Below, piece by piece: positions 36,849-45,300 of a stretch of DNA of 64,000 bases. Location: assembly GCA_017961265.1 (NCBI GenBank), contig JAGCXN010000021.1, forward strand, positions 4,793 through 68,792, in the 5' to 3' direction. The number at the start of each line of letters is the position of its first letter. Within the stretch, counting starts at the first letter, position 1. The notes under the pieces are model-generated. The model searched no databases. It was given only the letters and a program-made list of their open reading frames with translations, and was not told where the DNA came from. The stretch comes from Bacteroidales bacterium. GTDB lineage: Bacteria > Bacteroidota > Bacteroidia > Bacteroidales > WCHB1-69. The position numbers were made by a program, and so were the translations under genes.

Positions 36849-39800
36849 TTCACCACCTTCCGCACCGCCATCACCTTGCCGCCATTCACCATTCTTACGA
36901 AATAAACGCCGGTGGCATAATGCGACAGGTCGATTTGCACGGTCTGTACGGACGCACTGCGTGCGTCCGAAATATCCACAGCATCCAACACCCTACCGTA
37001 TACATCCAACACCTGAATCTCACCAGCCCCTAATTGTACATTGTTCATTGTAAATTGTACATTGACCATCCCCGTGGTGGGGTTGGGATAGAGGGAGAGG
37101 ATGCCGTCAGCGTAGTCATCAATTCCTGATATCGTCACATCAATACATTCTGTTGTATCCGTACATTCGCCCATCGTGATGACACATGCATATTGACCTG
37201 AAATTGCTGGATTAAATCTCTGGTGCACCTCACCTTCAATTGTTTCATTGGTTTCACAATCAATCCACTGATATTCAGCACCTTCTTGCATCACTTCAAG
37301 CGACCAAGCATCTAGTTCTTCTGTTGTTGTCACCAATACTTCAGTATTAATCGTAATCACCGTCAGGTGCAACGTAACCACACTGTCGCAGCCGTTGGCA
37401 TTGGCGAACGTCTGCACATAGTCACCGGATTCTTCGTAAACCTCATCGTTCCAGACGTAACTGCCGCAAGCTGTTTCTGTGAATTCTGTGGTGTCGGCGA
37501 CATTGATGGTCAGGTGCAACGTCACCACACTGTCGCAACCGTATTGAGTTGAAAATTGAAAATTGAAAACTGAAAGGTTGGGGGTGCCAACATCGAAGGT
37601 GGTGTCGATGTCGCCGTTCACGTAGTGGTATGGAAGGTCGTTCTCGCAGAGGGTGACTTCGACAAGCTCAGTCACCGCCGGATGAATGGTGAGGTGCAGC
37701 GTAACAGTGCTGTCACAGCCATTCGCTGCCGTGAAAGTAGCGGTATAGTCCCCGGAAGACGTCAGCGTCTCGCCATTCCACTCATATTCGTCGCATGCGG
37801 TCATGTGGGTCTCATTCACTACTGGCTGGTTAATGGTGAGGTGCAGCGTAACCGTACTGTCACACCCCGCCGCATTCGTCAAAACGTCGGTGTAGTCGCC
37901 GCTTTCGGTGAGATTGGTGTAGCCGTGCCAGTCGAAGCTGCCGCACGCCGTGGCGGTGGTGTCGCCCTCGGTCGGTGTATTGATGGTGAGGTGCAGCGTG
38001 ACGGTGCTGTCACAGCCCGCCGCATTCTCTATAACGTCGGTGTAGTCGCCGCTTTCGGTAAGGTTGGTGTAGCCGTGCCAGTTGAAACTGCCGCAAGCCG
38101 TGGCGGTGGTGTCGCCCTCAGTAGGTGTGTTGATGGTCAGGTGCAACGTCACAGTGCTGTCACATCCAGCGGCATTCGTCAAAACGTCGGTGTAGTCGCC
38201 ACTCTCGGTGAGGTTGGTATAGCTGTGCCAGTTGAAACTGCCGCAAACCGTGGCGGAGGTGTCGCTCTCAGTAGGTGTGTTGATGGTGAGATGAAGTGTG
38301 ACAATACTGTCGCAGCCCTCGGCATTTTCCAAAACGTCGGTGTAATCACCGCTTTCGGTGAGATTGGTGTAGCCGTGCCAGTCGAAGCTGCCGCATGCCG
38401 TAGCGGTGGTGTCACTCTCGGTCGGCTCGTTGATGGTAAGGTGCAGCGTCACCACACTGTCGCATCCATTCGCCGCAGTAAAAGTAGCCGTGTAATCTCC
38501 CGAAGCCGTAAGTGTTTCGCCGTTCCACTCATATTCGTCACATGCCGTCATATAGGTCTCATTCTCCACCGGTTGATTGATGTTAACCGTCAGTATCACC
38601 GTGCTGTCACACCCGTATTGAGTTGAAAATTGAAAACTGAAAATTGAAAGGTTTGGTGTGCCGACTTCAAAGGTAATGTCAATGTCGCCGTCCACGTAGT
38701 GGTAAGGAAGTTCACTTTCGCACACGGTGACTGAGCTTGTCGAAGTCACCGCGGGGTGAACAGTGAGATGCAGGGTGACGGTACTATCGCACCCAAGGGG
38801 AGTTAAAAGTTGAAAGTTAAAAGTTGAGAGCTGGGGTGTACCGACCTCGAAGGTGGTGTCGATGTCGCCGTTGATGTAGTGGTACGGAAGTTCACCCTCG
38901 CAGATCTCATGGGTGAAGGAGGTGACGATGGGCGTACAGCCGCCGGTGCTGAAGTGCCACACTGCCGACCACACCGAGTTGCCCACGCCGTTGTACCCCT
39001 GTACCCGCCAATAGTAGGTGGTAGCGGGACGGAGATTGTGGATGGAGGCGGTGGTCTGTGCGGTAGTGCCCTGCGCAAACAGGGTGGAAAAATCGCTGCT
39101 GGTGCTCACTTGGTAGCGGTAACCGTTGACGTTGGCCAGCGTGTCCCATTGCAGAGCCAGAACAGATTGGAAGTCAATGTCGGAAGAGTCGTTGGCAGGC
39201 GAGACAAGCGTCGGTCCGGTGGTGAGCTGGTAAGGTGTGGTGAACCTCCAAACCGTTGACCAGCTGGAGGTGTCGGGGGCATTGCTGTTGATAGCGCACA
39301 CCCGCCAATAGTAGGTGGTGCCATATTGCAGTTCTGCCTCTGTGATATAGACACTTGCACCTGATGCGGTGAAGGTCGCAAATAACGGAGAGTTGAAGGT
39401 TGCAGCAGTGTCCCACTCCAGAATATAATGGTCGGCTCCCGTTACGCTATTCCAATAAACGGTAAGACGGGAATTGCTATAGGAGGAGAAGGCTGTTCCA
39501 TCGGCCGGTGAGGTCAGTACGGGTGCATCGCTGGTGGTGAACCTCCAAACCGTTGACCAGCTGGAGGTGTCGCTGTCGTTGCTGTTGATAGAGCACACTT
39601 TCCAGTAATAGGTGGTGCCGAAATTCAGCTCTGTGATATAAATACTTGATGCTGTGGCGGTGAAAGTCTCGTACAACGGAGAGTCAAAGGTGGGCACGGT
39701 GTCCCATGCCACTATGTAATGTCCCGCACCTGTGACGGAATTCCAATAGACGGTGGCTTTTACTGAGTTGGTATAAACGTAGCCGTCGCTGGGGGAGGTC

Positions 39801-42800
39801 AGTACGGGCACGCCATTCGTAGTGGTAAAATTCCACACCGCCGACCAATCGGTGGTGTCCACCGGGCTGGTCTCGCGCACCCGCCAATAGTAGGTGGTTC
39901 CAAAATGCAAACTAGTGACCGAGACCTGACTGGTGCCCACCGCAATCGTGCCAGTCGCAAGACTGGGTGAGTCGAAAGTGGCGCAGGTATCGTACTGGTA
40001 TTCGTATAGACTGCCGCCTCTGATGTAGTCCCAGTCCAAAGTGGTGGATGCTCCGACATTGGTGGAACCGTTGGCCGGCGATACCAACACGATTTCACCA
40101 GGTGTGTTGAAACTCCACGTCTCGCTCCACGGGGTGGTGTCGATGGCGGTGTACTCGCGCACCCGCCAGTAGTAGGTTTCACCAAATTGCAGAGGCGCGG
40201 TGATGTCTATTTGGCTGGTGCCCACGGCAATTTCCCCGTTCACCAATGCCGGTGAATCAAAGTCGGGACTGAGATCGTACTGGTATTGGTAGTTCAATCC
40301 GCCGCTGATATAGTCCCAATCCAACGTTGTATTAATGGTGCGGGAAAGAGTGGAACCGTTGGAGGGCGATACCAATGCAATTTCACCGGGCGTGTTGAAA
40401 CTCCACGTCTCGCTCCACGGGGTGGTGTCGATGGCGGTGTACTCGCGCACCCGCCAGTAGTATGTCTCGCCAAAACGCAGAGGCTCGGTGATGTCTATTT
40501 GGCTGGTGCCCACGGCAATTTCCCCGTTCACCAATGCCGGTGAATCAAAGTCGGGACTGAGGTCGTACTGGTATTCGTAGTAGTCGCCATCGGAGATATA
40601 ATCCCAGTCCAAGGTGGGCTTGATGGTACGCGAGAGGGTGCTGCCGTTGGAGGGGGAGGTGAGCGCAATGGTGCCTGCGGTGGTGAAGCGCCACACGGTG
40701 GACCAGCTGGAGGTGTCGCTGTTCAGACGGATGCGCACGCGCCAGTAGTAGGTGGTGCCGTAGCGGAGTTGGTTGAGCCGCACCTCGGAAGTGCCTGCCG
40801 CAATGGCGCCGCTCTGCAGCTCGGGTGAGTTGAACTGCGGGGTGGTGTCGCACTCGTAGTCATAATAGTCGCAGCTGGAGACGGCGTTCCAATCAAGGGT
40901 CGGACGGAGCCGCACCGCAGTAGAACCGTTGGAGGGCGAGGACAGTGTGGGGATGCTGCCGCCCGTGGTGAAACTCCACACGGTGGACCAGCTGGAGGTG
41001 TCGCTGTCATCGTTGTAGTTGGTGGCACGCATACGCCAGTAGTAGGTGGTGCCCAACTTCAGAGGACCGATGGAGGTACTATTGGAGGTTTTCGTTGTGC
41101 TGGCACACAGCGGGGAATTGAAAGTGGCGGTGGTGTCCCACTGGTAAATGTACTTTCCGACACGCGTGATGGCGGTGCATTTCAAGGTGGGGGTCGCCGA
41201 ATTAGGATAGACGTATCCATCACTGGGTGAAGTTAATATGGGCGCATCGCTGGTAGTGAAAGTCCATGCGGCCGACCAAGCCGAAGTGTCACTATCGTTA
41301 CTATTGGTAGCGCAAACTCTCCAATAGTAGGTAGTGGCGAATTTTATGGGCCAAATATTCACACTGGTCCCTGTGGTGGTGAAGCTATCGTAAAGGGGAG
41401 AGTCAAAGGTGGAAACGGTATCCCAGGCCAGTATGTAGTGGCTTGCTCCCGTAATGCTTGCCCAATTGACAGTAGGACCGACACAAGCGGTATAAACCAC
41501 ACCATCGCTGGGCGAGGTTAACGTGGGCACACCGCTGGTGACTGTAAAACTCCATGCGTCAGACCATCCGGACGTATCGGGTGCCTCATTCACCGACCGT
41601 ACCCGCCAATAGTAGGTGTCGCCAAATCGCAAATTGCTGAGCGCGTATGATTTGTAGTCGTCATTATTGGTAATGGATGATGTAACGATGATTTCACGCA
41701 GGGAGGAAGAATTGAAACCGGACGAGGTGTCCACCTGTAAGATGTATTTTGACGAACCACTGCTATTCTTCCACTGAAGGGTGGCGGAAGGAGATGCATT
41801 GGTGGTCTGATCTGCCGGACTGTACAAATAAACTTTGTCTCGGGTGTGAAACTGCCATGTGTCCGACCATCCAGAGGTGTCGGGTGCATTGTTGATGGCA
41901 CACAACCTATAGTAGTACATCGCCCCATGAAGCAGGTTATAGACCGTTGTACTCAACTCATTGGTCTCATCGTCTATGCCGTTGGAAATAACGACTTGAC
42001 GTAAGACAGATGAATTGAAATCAGGTGTAGTATCCAATTGAAGAATATATTTTGTTGAACCTCTGTTGTTTTGCCATTTCAAGGTCTGTCGGGTATAGTA
42101 GGTTTTTGTCGGGACAGTGTCGTGGATGGTATTGGACGTAGAGAAAACCTTGTCGATGGTGTGAAACTGCCATGTGGCCGACCAACCCGATGTGTCGGGT
42201 GCATTGTTTATGGCACAGACCCGATAGTAGTACATCGTACCATATAGCAGGTTATAGACTGTCGTACTCAACTCATTTGTCTCATTGTCAATATTATTGG
42301 TGGTAATGACTTGACGTAATATAGACGAATTGAAATCAGGCGTAGTGTCTAATTGAAGGATATACTTGGTTGAACCACGGTTGTTCTGCCATTTCAAGAT
42401 CTGTCGGGTATAGTAGTTTTTGGTTGAATCGGAATTGTTGAGGGTGTTGGATGTAGAGAAAACCGTGTCTATGGTGTGGAACTGCCATGTGGCCGACCAA
42501 CCCGATGTATCGGGTGCATTGTTGATGGCACATACCCGATAGTAGTACATTGTGCCATATAGCATATTATAAACCTTGGTGCTCAGCTCATTGGTGGTGT
42601 TGTCAATGGCATTTGTCGTATAAATCTCCCGAAGAATGGGCGAGTTAAAATGGGGTGTTGTATCTAATTGAAGAATATATTTTGTTGAGCCCTTGTTGTT
42701 TTTCCAGTAAAGAGTTTGGCGGGTATAGTAGTTTCGGGTTGAATCAGAGTTGTTGAGGGTATTGTCTGTATTATTTACAAAATCCGTAGTGCGGAACTGC

Positions 42801-43738
42801 CAAGTGGATGACCAACTGGAGGTGTCGGAGCCGTTATAGTTGGCAGCCCGCACCCGCCAATAATACATTGAACCATATCGCATATTGTTGATAATGACGC
42901 TTTGGTTGTCGGTCGTGGAAGTGGAGGAAGATGTGTGGTTAATCTGTTGTAAAACGGGTGAATTAAAATGGGGTGTGGTATCTAATTGTAGAAAGTACTG
43001 CGTTACGCCCCGGTAGGGCTTCCAAGTCAAAGTCTGCCGAGTAAAATAGTTGGCAGAGGAACTTGTATCATTGAAAGATACCAACGTGATACTGTCGCTG
43101 GTGGTGAAACTCCTCACCGCCGACCATGCCGAGGTGTCGCTCTCATCCGTATTGGTCGCCCTCATGCGAAGGTAGTAGGTCTTACCGAAATGCAGATTGA
43201 GTGGGTATTTTCCTCCAGAACTATATTCTGTAGTATAGCTTTTTAACAAGGGTGAATTGAACGACATGCTGGTATCACACTGATAGAGGTATTTGGTAGC
43301 ACCCACAATTTCTGTCCATTGGATGCTGGGAGATATGCTATTGGTGAGAATAGTCCCGTCAGCCGGGGCGGTAATGGTGGGCGCATCTGTGGTAGTGAAG
43401 CTCCGCACCGCCGATGCAGCCGATGTGTCGGCATAGTTGGCCGTGATGGCATAAACCCGCCAGTAATAGGTTGTGCCGAATTTCAATCCGTTCACGTTCA
43501 ATCCCGTGTACGAAGACGACATGGTGTAAGAACTGTAAGTAGCAAAAGTGGGGTCCTCCGACCAATGGAACAGATAATAACTTGCTCCTGAAACAGCATT
43601 CAGCTTCAAATTCGGCTTTACCGTGCTGGGATATACATAACCATCGGCAGGTGAGTTCAGCGTCGGTGCTGCAATCTGCGCAAACAAAACATTCATCCCC
43701 GCACACAGCAGGAAAATAAAGAAGGTGAACTTTTTCAT
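36842..43738 (-). CDS. giant (about 2298 aa) T9SS cargo / putative adhesin: signal peptide, 16 FN3-like modules, 10 Cys-pair modules and a T9SS C-terminal sorting domain
   Basis: Signal peptide MKKFTFFIFLLCAGMNVLFAQ. Sixteen repeats end in the motif TYYWRV...DTS.WS..W.FTT. The Cys-pair modules have the form C..Y.W.G.....SG.Y.......GCDS.VTLHLT(I/V). The C-terminus (LSLYPNPTTGMVNVQF...GVYFVRMVNGGKVMAVRKVVKE) is the Por_Secre_tail type. Confidence 0.85.
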   Translation of the reverse strand: MKKFTFFIFLLCAGMNVLFAQIAAPTLNSPADGYVYPSTVKPNLKLNAVSGASYYLFHWSEDPTFATYSSYTMSSSYTGLNVNGLKFGTTYYWRVYAITANYADTSAASAVRSFTTTDAPTITAPADGTILTNSISPSIQWTEIVGATKYLYQCDTSMSFNSPLLKSYTTEYSSGGKYPLNLHFGKTYYLRMRATNTDESDTSAWSAVRSFTTSDSITLVSFNDTSSSANYFTRQTLTWKPYRGVTQYFLQLDTTPHFNSPVLQQINHTSSSTSTTDNQSVIINNMRYGSMYYWRVRAANYNGSDTSSWSSTWQFRTTDFVNNTDNTLNNSDSTRNYYTRQTLYWKNNKGSTKYILQLDTTPHFNSPILREIYTTNAIDNTTNELSTKVYNMLYGTMYYYRVCAINNAPDTSGWSATWQFHTIDTVFSTSNTLNNSDSTKNYYTRQILKWQNNRGSTKYILQLDTTPDFNSSILRQVITTNNIDNETNELSTTVYNLLYGTMYYYRVCAINNAPDTSGWSATWQFHTIDKVFSTSNTIHDTVPTKTYYTRQTLKWQNNRGSTKYILQLDTTPDFNSSVLRQVVISNGIDDETNELSTTVYNLLHGAMYYYRLCAINNAPDTSGWSDTWQFHTRDKVYLYSPADQTTNASPSATLQWKNSSGSSKYILQVDTSSGFNSSSLREIIVTSSITNNDDYKSYALSNLRFGDTYYWRVRSVNEAPDTSGWSDAWSFTVTSGVPTLTSPSDGVVYTACVGPTVNWASITGASHYILAWDTVSTFDSPLYDSFTTTGTSVNIWPIKFATTYYWRVCATNSNDSDTSAWSAAWTFTTSDAPILTSPSDGYVYPNSATPTLKCTAITRVGKYIYQWDTTATFNSPLCASTTKTSNSTSIGPLKLGTTYYWRMRATNYNDDSDTSSWSTVWSFTTGGSIPTLSSPSNGSTAVRLRPTLDWNAVSSCDYYDYECDTTPQFNSPELQSGAIAAGTSEVRLNQLRYGTTYYWRVRIRLNSDTSSWSTVWRFTTAGTIALTSPSNGSTLSRTIKPTLDWDYISDGDYYEYQYDLSPDFDSPALVNGEIAVGTSQIDITEPLRFGETYYWRVREYTAIDTTPWSETWSFNTPGEIALVSPSNGSTLSRTINTTLDWDYISGGLNYQYQYDLSPDFDSPALVNGEIAVGTSQIDITAPLQFGETYYWRVREYTAIDTTPWSETWSFNTPGEIVLVSPANGSTNVGASTTLDWDYIRGGSLYEYQYDTCATFDSPSLATGTIAVGTSQVSVTSLHFGTTYYWRVRETSPVDTTDWSAVWNFTTTNGVPVLTSPSDGYVYTNSVKATVYWNSVTGAGHYIVAWDTVPTFDSPLYETFTATASSIYITELNFGTTYYWKVCSINSNDSDTSSWSTVWRFTTSDAPVLTSPADGTAFSSYSNSRLTVYWNSVTGADHYILEWDTAATFNSPLFATFTASGASVYITEAELQYGTTYYWRVCAINSNAPDTSSWSTVWRFTTPYQLTTGPTLVSPANDSSDIDFQSVLALQWDTLANVNGYRYQVSTSSDFSTLFAQGTTAQTTASIHNLRPATTYYWRVQGYNGVGNSVWSAVWHFSTGGCTPIVTSFTHEICEGELPYHYINGDIDTTFEVGTPQLSTFNFQLLTPLGCDSTVTLHLTVHPAVTSTSSVTVCESELPYHYVDGDIDITFEVGTPNLSIFSFQFSTQYGCDSTVILTVNINQPVENETYMTACDEYEWNGETLTASGDYTATFTAANGCDSVVTLHLTINEPTESDTTATACGSFDWHGYTNLTESGDYTDVLENAEGCDSIVTLHLTINTPTESDTSATVCGSFNWHSYTNLTESGDYTDVLTNAAGCDSTVTLHLTINTPTEGDTTATACGSFNWHGYTNLTESGDYTDVIENAAGCDSTVTLHLTINTPTEGDTTATACGSFDWHGYTNLTESGDYTDVLTNAAGCDSTVTLHLTINQPVVNETHMTACDEYEWNGETLTSSGDYTATFTAANGCDSTVTLHLTIHPAVTELVEVTLCENDLPYHYVNGDIDTTFDVGTPNLSVFNFQFSTQYGCDSVVTLHLTINVADTTEFTETACGSYVWNDEVYEESGDYVQTFANANGCDSVVTLHLTVITINTEVLVTTTEELDAWSLEVMQEGAEYQWIDCETNETIEGEVHQRFNPAISGQYACVITMGECTDTTECIDVTISGIDDYADGILSLYPNPTTGMVNVQFTMNNVQLGAGEIQVLDVYGRVLDAVDISDARSASVQTVQIDLSHYATGVYFVRMVNGGKVMAVRKVVKE
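37548..37577. repeat. in-frame heptad block GTTGAAAATTGAAAATTGAAAACTGAAAGG (encodes [10 protein letters not shown])
   Basis: Read directly. It belongs to the TTTTCAR family in the opposite orientation. Confidence 0.85.
37831..38430. repeat. four tandem 150-bp coding repeats (50-aa Cys-pair modules) inside the giant gene
   Basis: Unit boundaries at 37831, 37981, 38131, 38281 and 38431 each begin with (g/a)ttgatggt(g/c)aggtgca(g/a)cgt. The peptide unit is TPTE(S/G)DT.AT.CGSF(D/N)WH.YTNLTESGDYTDV..NA.GCDS.VTLHLTIN. Confidence 0.9.
38622..38651. repeat. in-frame heptad block GTTGAAAATTGAAAACTGAAAATTGAAAGG (encodes [10 protein letters not shown])
   Basis: Read directly. A third, more diverged block (gttaaaa gttgaaa gttaaaa gttgaga) lies at 38802-38829. 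Confidence 0.85.
41850..42795. repeat. three tandem 315-bp coding repeats (105-aa FN3-like modules) inside the giant gene
   Basis: The string aactgccatgtggccgacc recurs at 42165 and 42480, exactly 315 bp apart. The peptide GWSATWQFHTID...YYYRVCAINNAPDTS repeats. Confidence 0.85.
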
Positions 43739-43746
43739 AGTGAGAC

Positions 43747-43778
43747 CTTTCAATTATCAGTTTTCAATTTTCAGTTTA
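43747..43778. repeat. heptad block CCTTTCAATTATCAGTTTTCAATTTTCAGTTT in the 5' leader of the giant gene
   Basis: It lies between the -7 box (43789-43796) and the ATG (43736-43738). It is an inverted copy of 38622-38651, matching at 27 of 29 positions with a 17-bp perfect core, and of 37548-37577. Confidence 0.85.
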
Positions 43779-43787
43779 AAAGGACGG

Positions 43788-43877
43788 CAAAAGTACACAC
43801 ATTTTTTTGAATATTTATCCCTTCAAAACAGAAATGTGAACCCTCACAAAGGGATAAAGTGGGATGCGAGGATACGG
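43788..43877. repeat. left copy of a ~90-bp direct repeat flanking the ATPase cassette; contains the giant gene's -7 box
   Basis: Shared strings with 45209-45300: GCAAAAG(T/C)ACA, GAAAT(G/A)TGAACCCTC(AC/GT)(A/G)AAGGGA and ATGCG(A/G)GGATACG. Confidence 0.7.
43789..43796 (-). promoter_or_regulatory. -7 box (TACTTTTG) for the giant T9SS cargo gene
   Basis: Lies 50 nt upstream of the ATG at 43738. The intervening leader consists almost entirely of heptad repeats. Confidence 0.55.
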
Positions 43878-43965
43878 AAGTCATATCTCAACCTCCGCTT
43901 TTACAAACTTTTCAATCTAAAGTAAAAAAAAGATGTGGTTTTTTACTTTGAAAAGTAAAAAATTG

Positions 43966-43973
43966 TATTTTTG
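43966..43973 (+). promoter_or_regulatory. -7 box TATTTTTG for the AAA ATPase
   Basis: Lies 13 nt upstream of the ATG at 43987. Confidence 0.45.
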
Positions 43974-43986
43974 CAGCACATTAAAA

Positions 43987-45189
43987 ATGATAGATATGGA
44001 CCGATTATTTAAGGCGTATGGCCGTCTGTTGGCGGAAACCGATTTGAAATTCACCCGATATTTATATGATAATATCAACTGGGACAATCGGTTGATTGTG
44101 ATCAAGGGTGCAAAAGGAGTGGGTAAAACGACCTTGATGTTGCAACACATCAAGAAAGATTTTCCCAAAGCGGAAAAGGCTCTGTATGCCTCGCTTGACC
44201 ATTTGTGGTTTGCCACACACTCCATCCTTGATTTGGCAGAATATCATTATACGCATGGGGGAACGCATCTTTTTCTGGATGAGGTACACAAATACAAAGG
44301 ATGGCAACAAGAAATCAAGAATATTTATGATTCCTATCCCCAGCTACATGTTGTTGTAACGGGTTCATCCATGCTAAAAATCGACGAATCGTTATCCGCA
44401 GACCTTTCACGCCGACATCGTCTTTATACGATGGAGGGACTTTCGTTTCGGGAATACCTGAGTCTTGAGCATGTGGTGGAATTGCCGATCTTTTCGTTGG
44501 AGGAAATTCTAAACAACCATTTTGTGATGGCTTCACAAATCACATCAGATGTGAAAGTGCTACACCATTTTGAAAAGTATCTGAAGTCGGGCTACTATCC
44601 GTTTTATCGGGAAGAGGAGGATGGCTTTTTTGACAGGTTGCAACAAGTGATTGAAACTATTATCACCAATGAAATACCATCGGTTAGCAATATTGAATAC
44701 GATTCTGTATATAAAGCCAAGCAATTGCTGGCAGTATTGGCCGAGCAATCACCTTATACACTGAACATTTCATCTTTATGCAACACCTTGCAATCTTCCA
44801 GAAACAATGTGGTGAAACTGCTTGACCTGATGAGCAGGGCGGCCTTGATTCGTCGGCTTTATGCATCGTCGGATGGAATGAATATGTTGACAAAACCTGA
44901 AAAAATCCTCTTTTACAATACCAATCTGATGTTTTGTCTCACTTCGAACGTCGATGCGGGCACTTTGCGTGAAACTTATCTCGCCTCTCAGATTGGCACA
45001 GCGCACAAACTTTCCATGCCGGAAAAGGGAGATATAGTGGCAGATGGGAAGTGGCTTTTTGAAGTAGGAGGGAAAAGCAAGGGTTTTTCGCAGATCAAAA
45101 ATATTGAAGCGAGCTACGTGGTCGCTGATGATATGGAAATCGGTCACGGCAACAAAATTCCACTGTGGCTTTTCGGACTGCTGTATTGA
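43987..45189 (+). CDS. AAA-family ATPase (AAA_14 plus DUF4143-type architecture)
   Basis: Walker A (GAKGVGKTT) and Walker B (LFLDEVH). The C-terminal half is typical of stand-alone Bacteroidales ATP-binding proteins. I prefer the ATG at 43987, with a -7 box at 43966-43973. Confidence 0.65.
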   Translation: MIDMDRLFKAYGRLLAETDLKFTRYLYDNINWDNRLIVIKGAKGVGKTTLMLQHIKKDFPKAEKALYASLDHLWFATHSILDLAEYHYTHGGTHLFLDEVHKYKGWQQEIKNIYDSYPQLHVVVTGSSMLKIDESLSADLSRRHRLYTMEGLSFREYLSLEHVVELPIFSLEEILNNHFVMASQITSDVKVLHHFEKYLKSGYYPFYREEEDGFFDRLQQVIETIITNEIPSVSNIEYDSVYKAKQLLAVLAEQSPYTLNISSLCNTLQSSRNNVVKLLDLMSRAALIRRLYASSDGMNMLTKPEKILFYNTNLMFCLTSNVDAGTLRETYLASQIGTAHKLSMPEKGDIVADGKWLFEVGGKSKGFSQIKNIEASYVVADDMEIGHGNKIPLWLFGLLY

Positions 45190-45208
45190 TGCTTTAGAGC
45201 ATAAGGTT

Positions 45209-45300
45209 GCAAAAGCACAAAAATTTCCTGAAAATTCACCCTCTTCACGGCCGAAATATGAACCCTCGTGAAGGGAAAAAAGAAATGCGGGGATACGATT
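45209..45300. repeat. right copy of the ~90-bp direct repeat; its -7 box is degenerate (TGCTTTTG)
   Basis: See 43788-43877. It is followed by three GGATACGA mini-repeats up to about 45338. Confidence 0.7.

Noticed and set aside
36602-37053. Small ORFs 36602..36817 (minus) and 36745..37053 (plus)
   Set aside because: They are generated by reading through the REP palindromes and the heptads. This is typical spurious REP-derived ORF content.
37625-38626. 333-aa plus-strand ORF inside the giant gene
   Set aside because: It is antisense to the Cys-pair module array. Its internal repetition simply mirrors the 150-bp repeats of the true minus-strand frame, and only the minus-strand frame has a signal peptide and a T9SS sorting domain.
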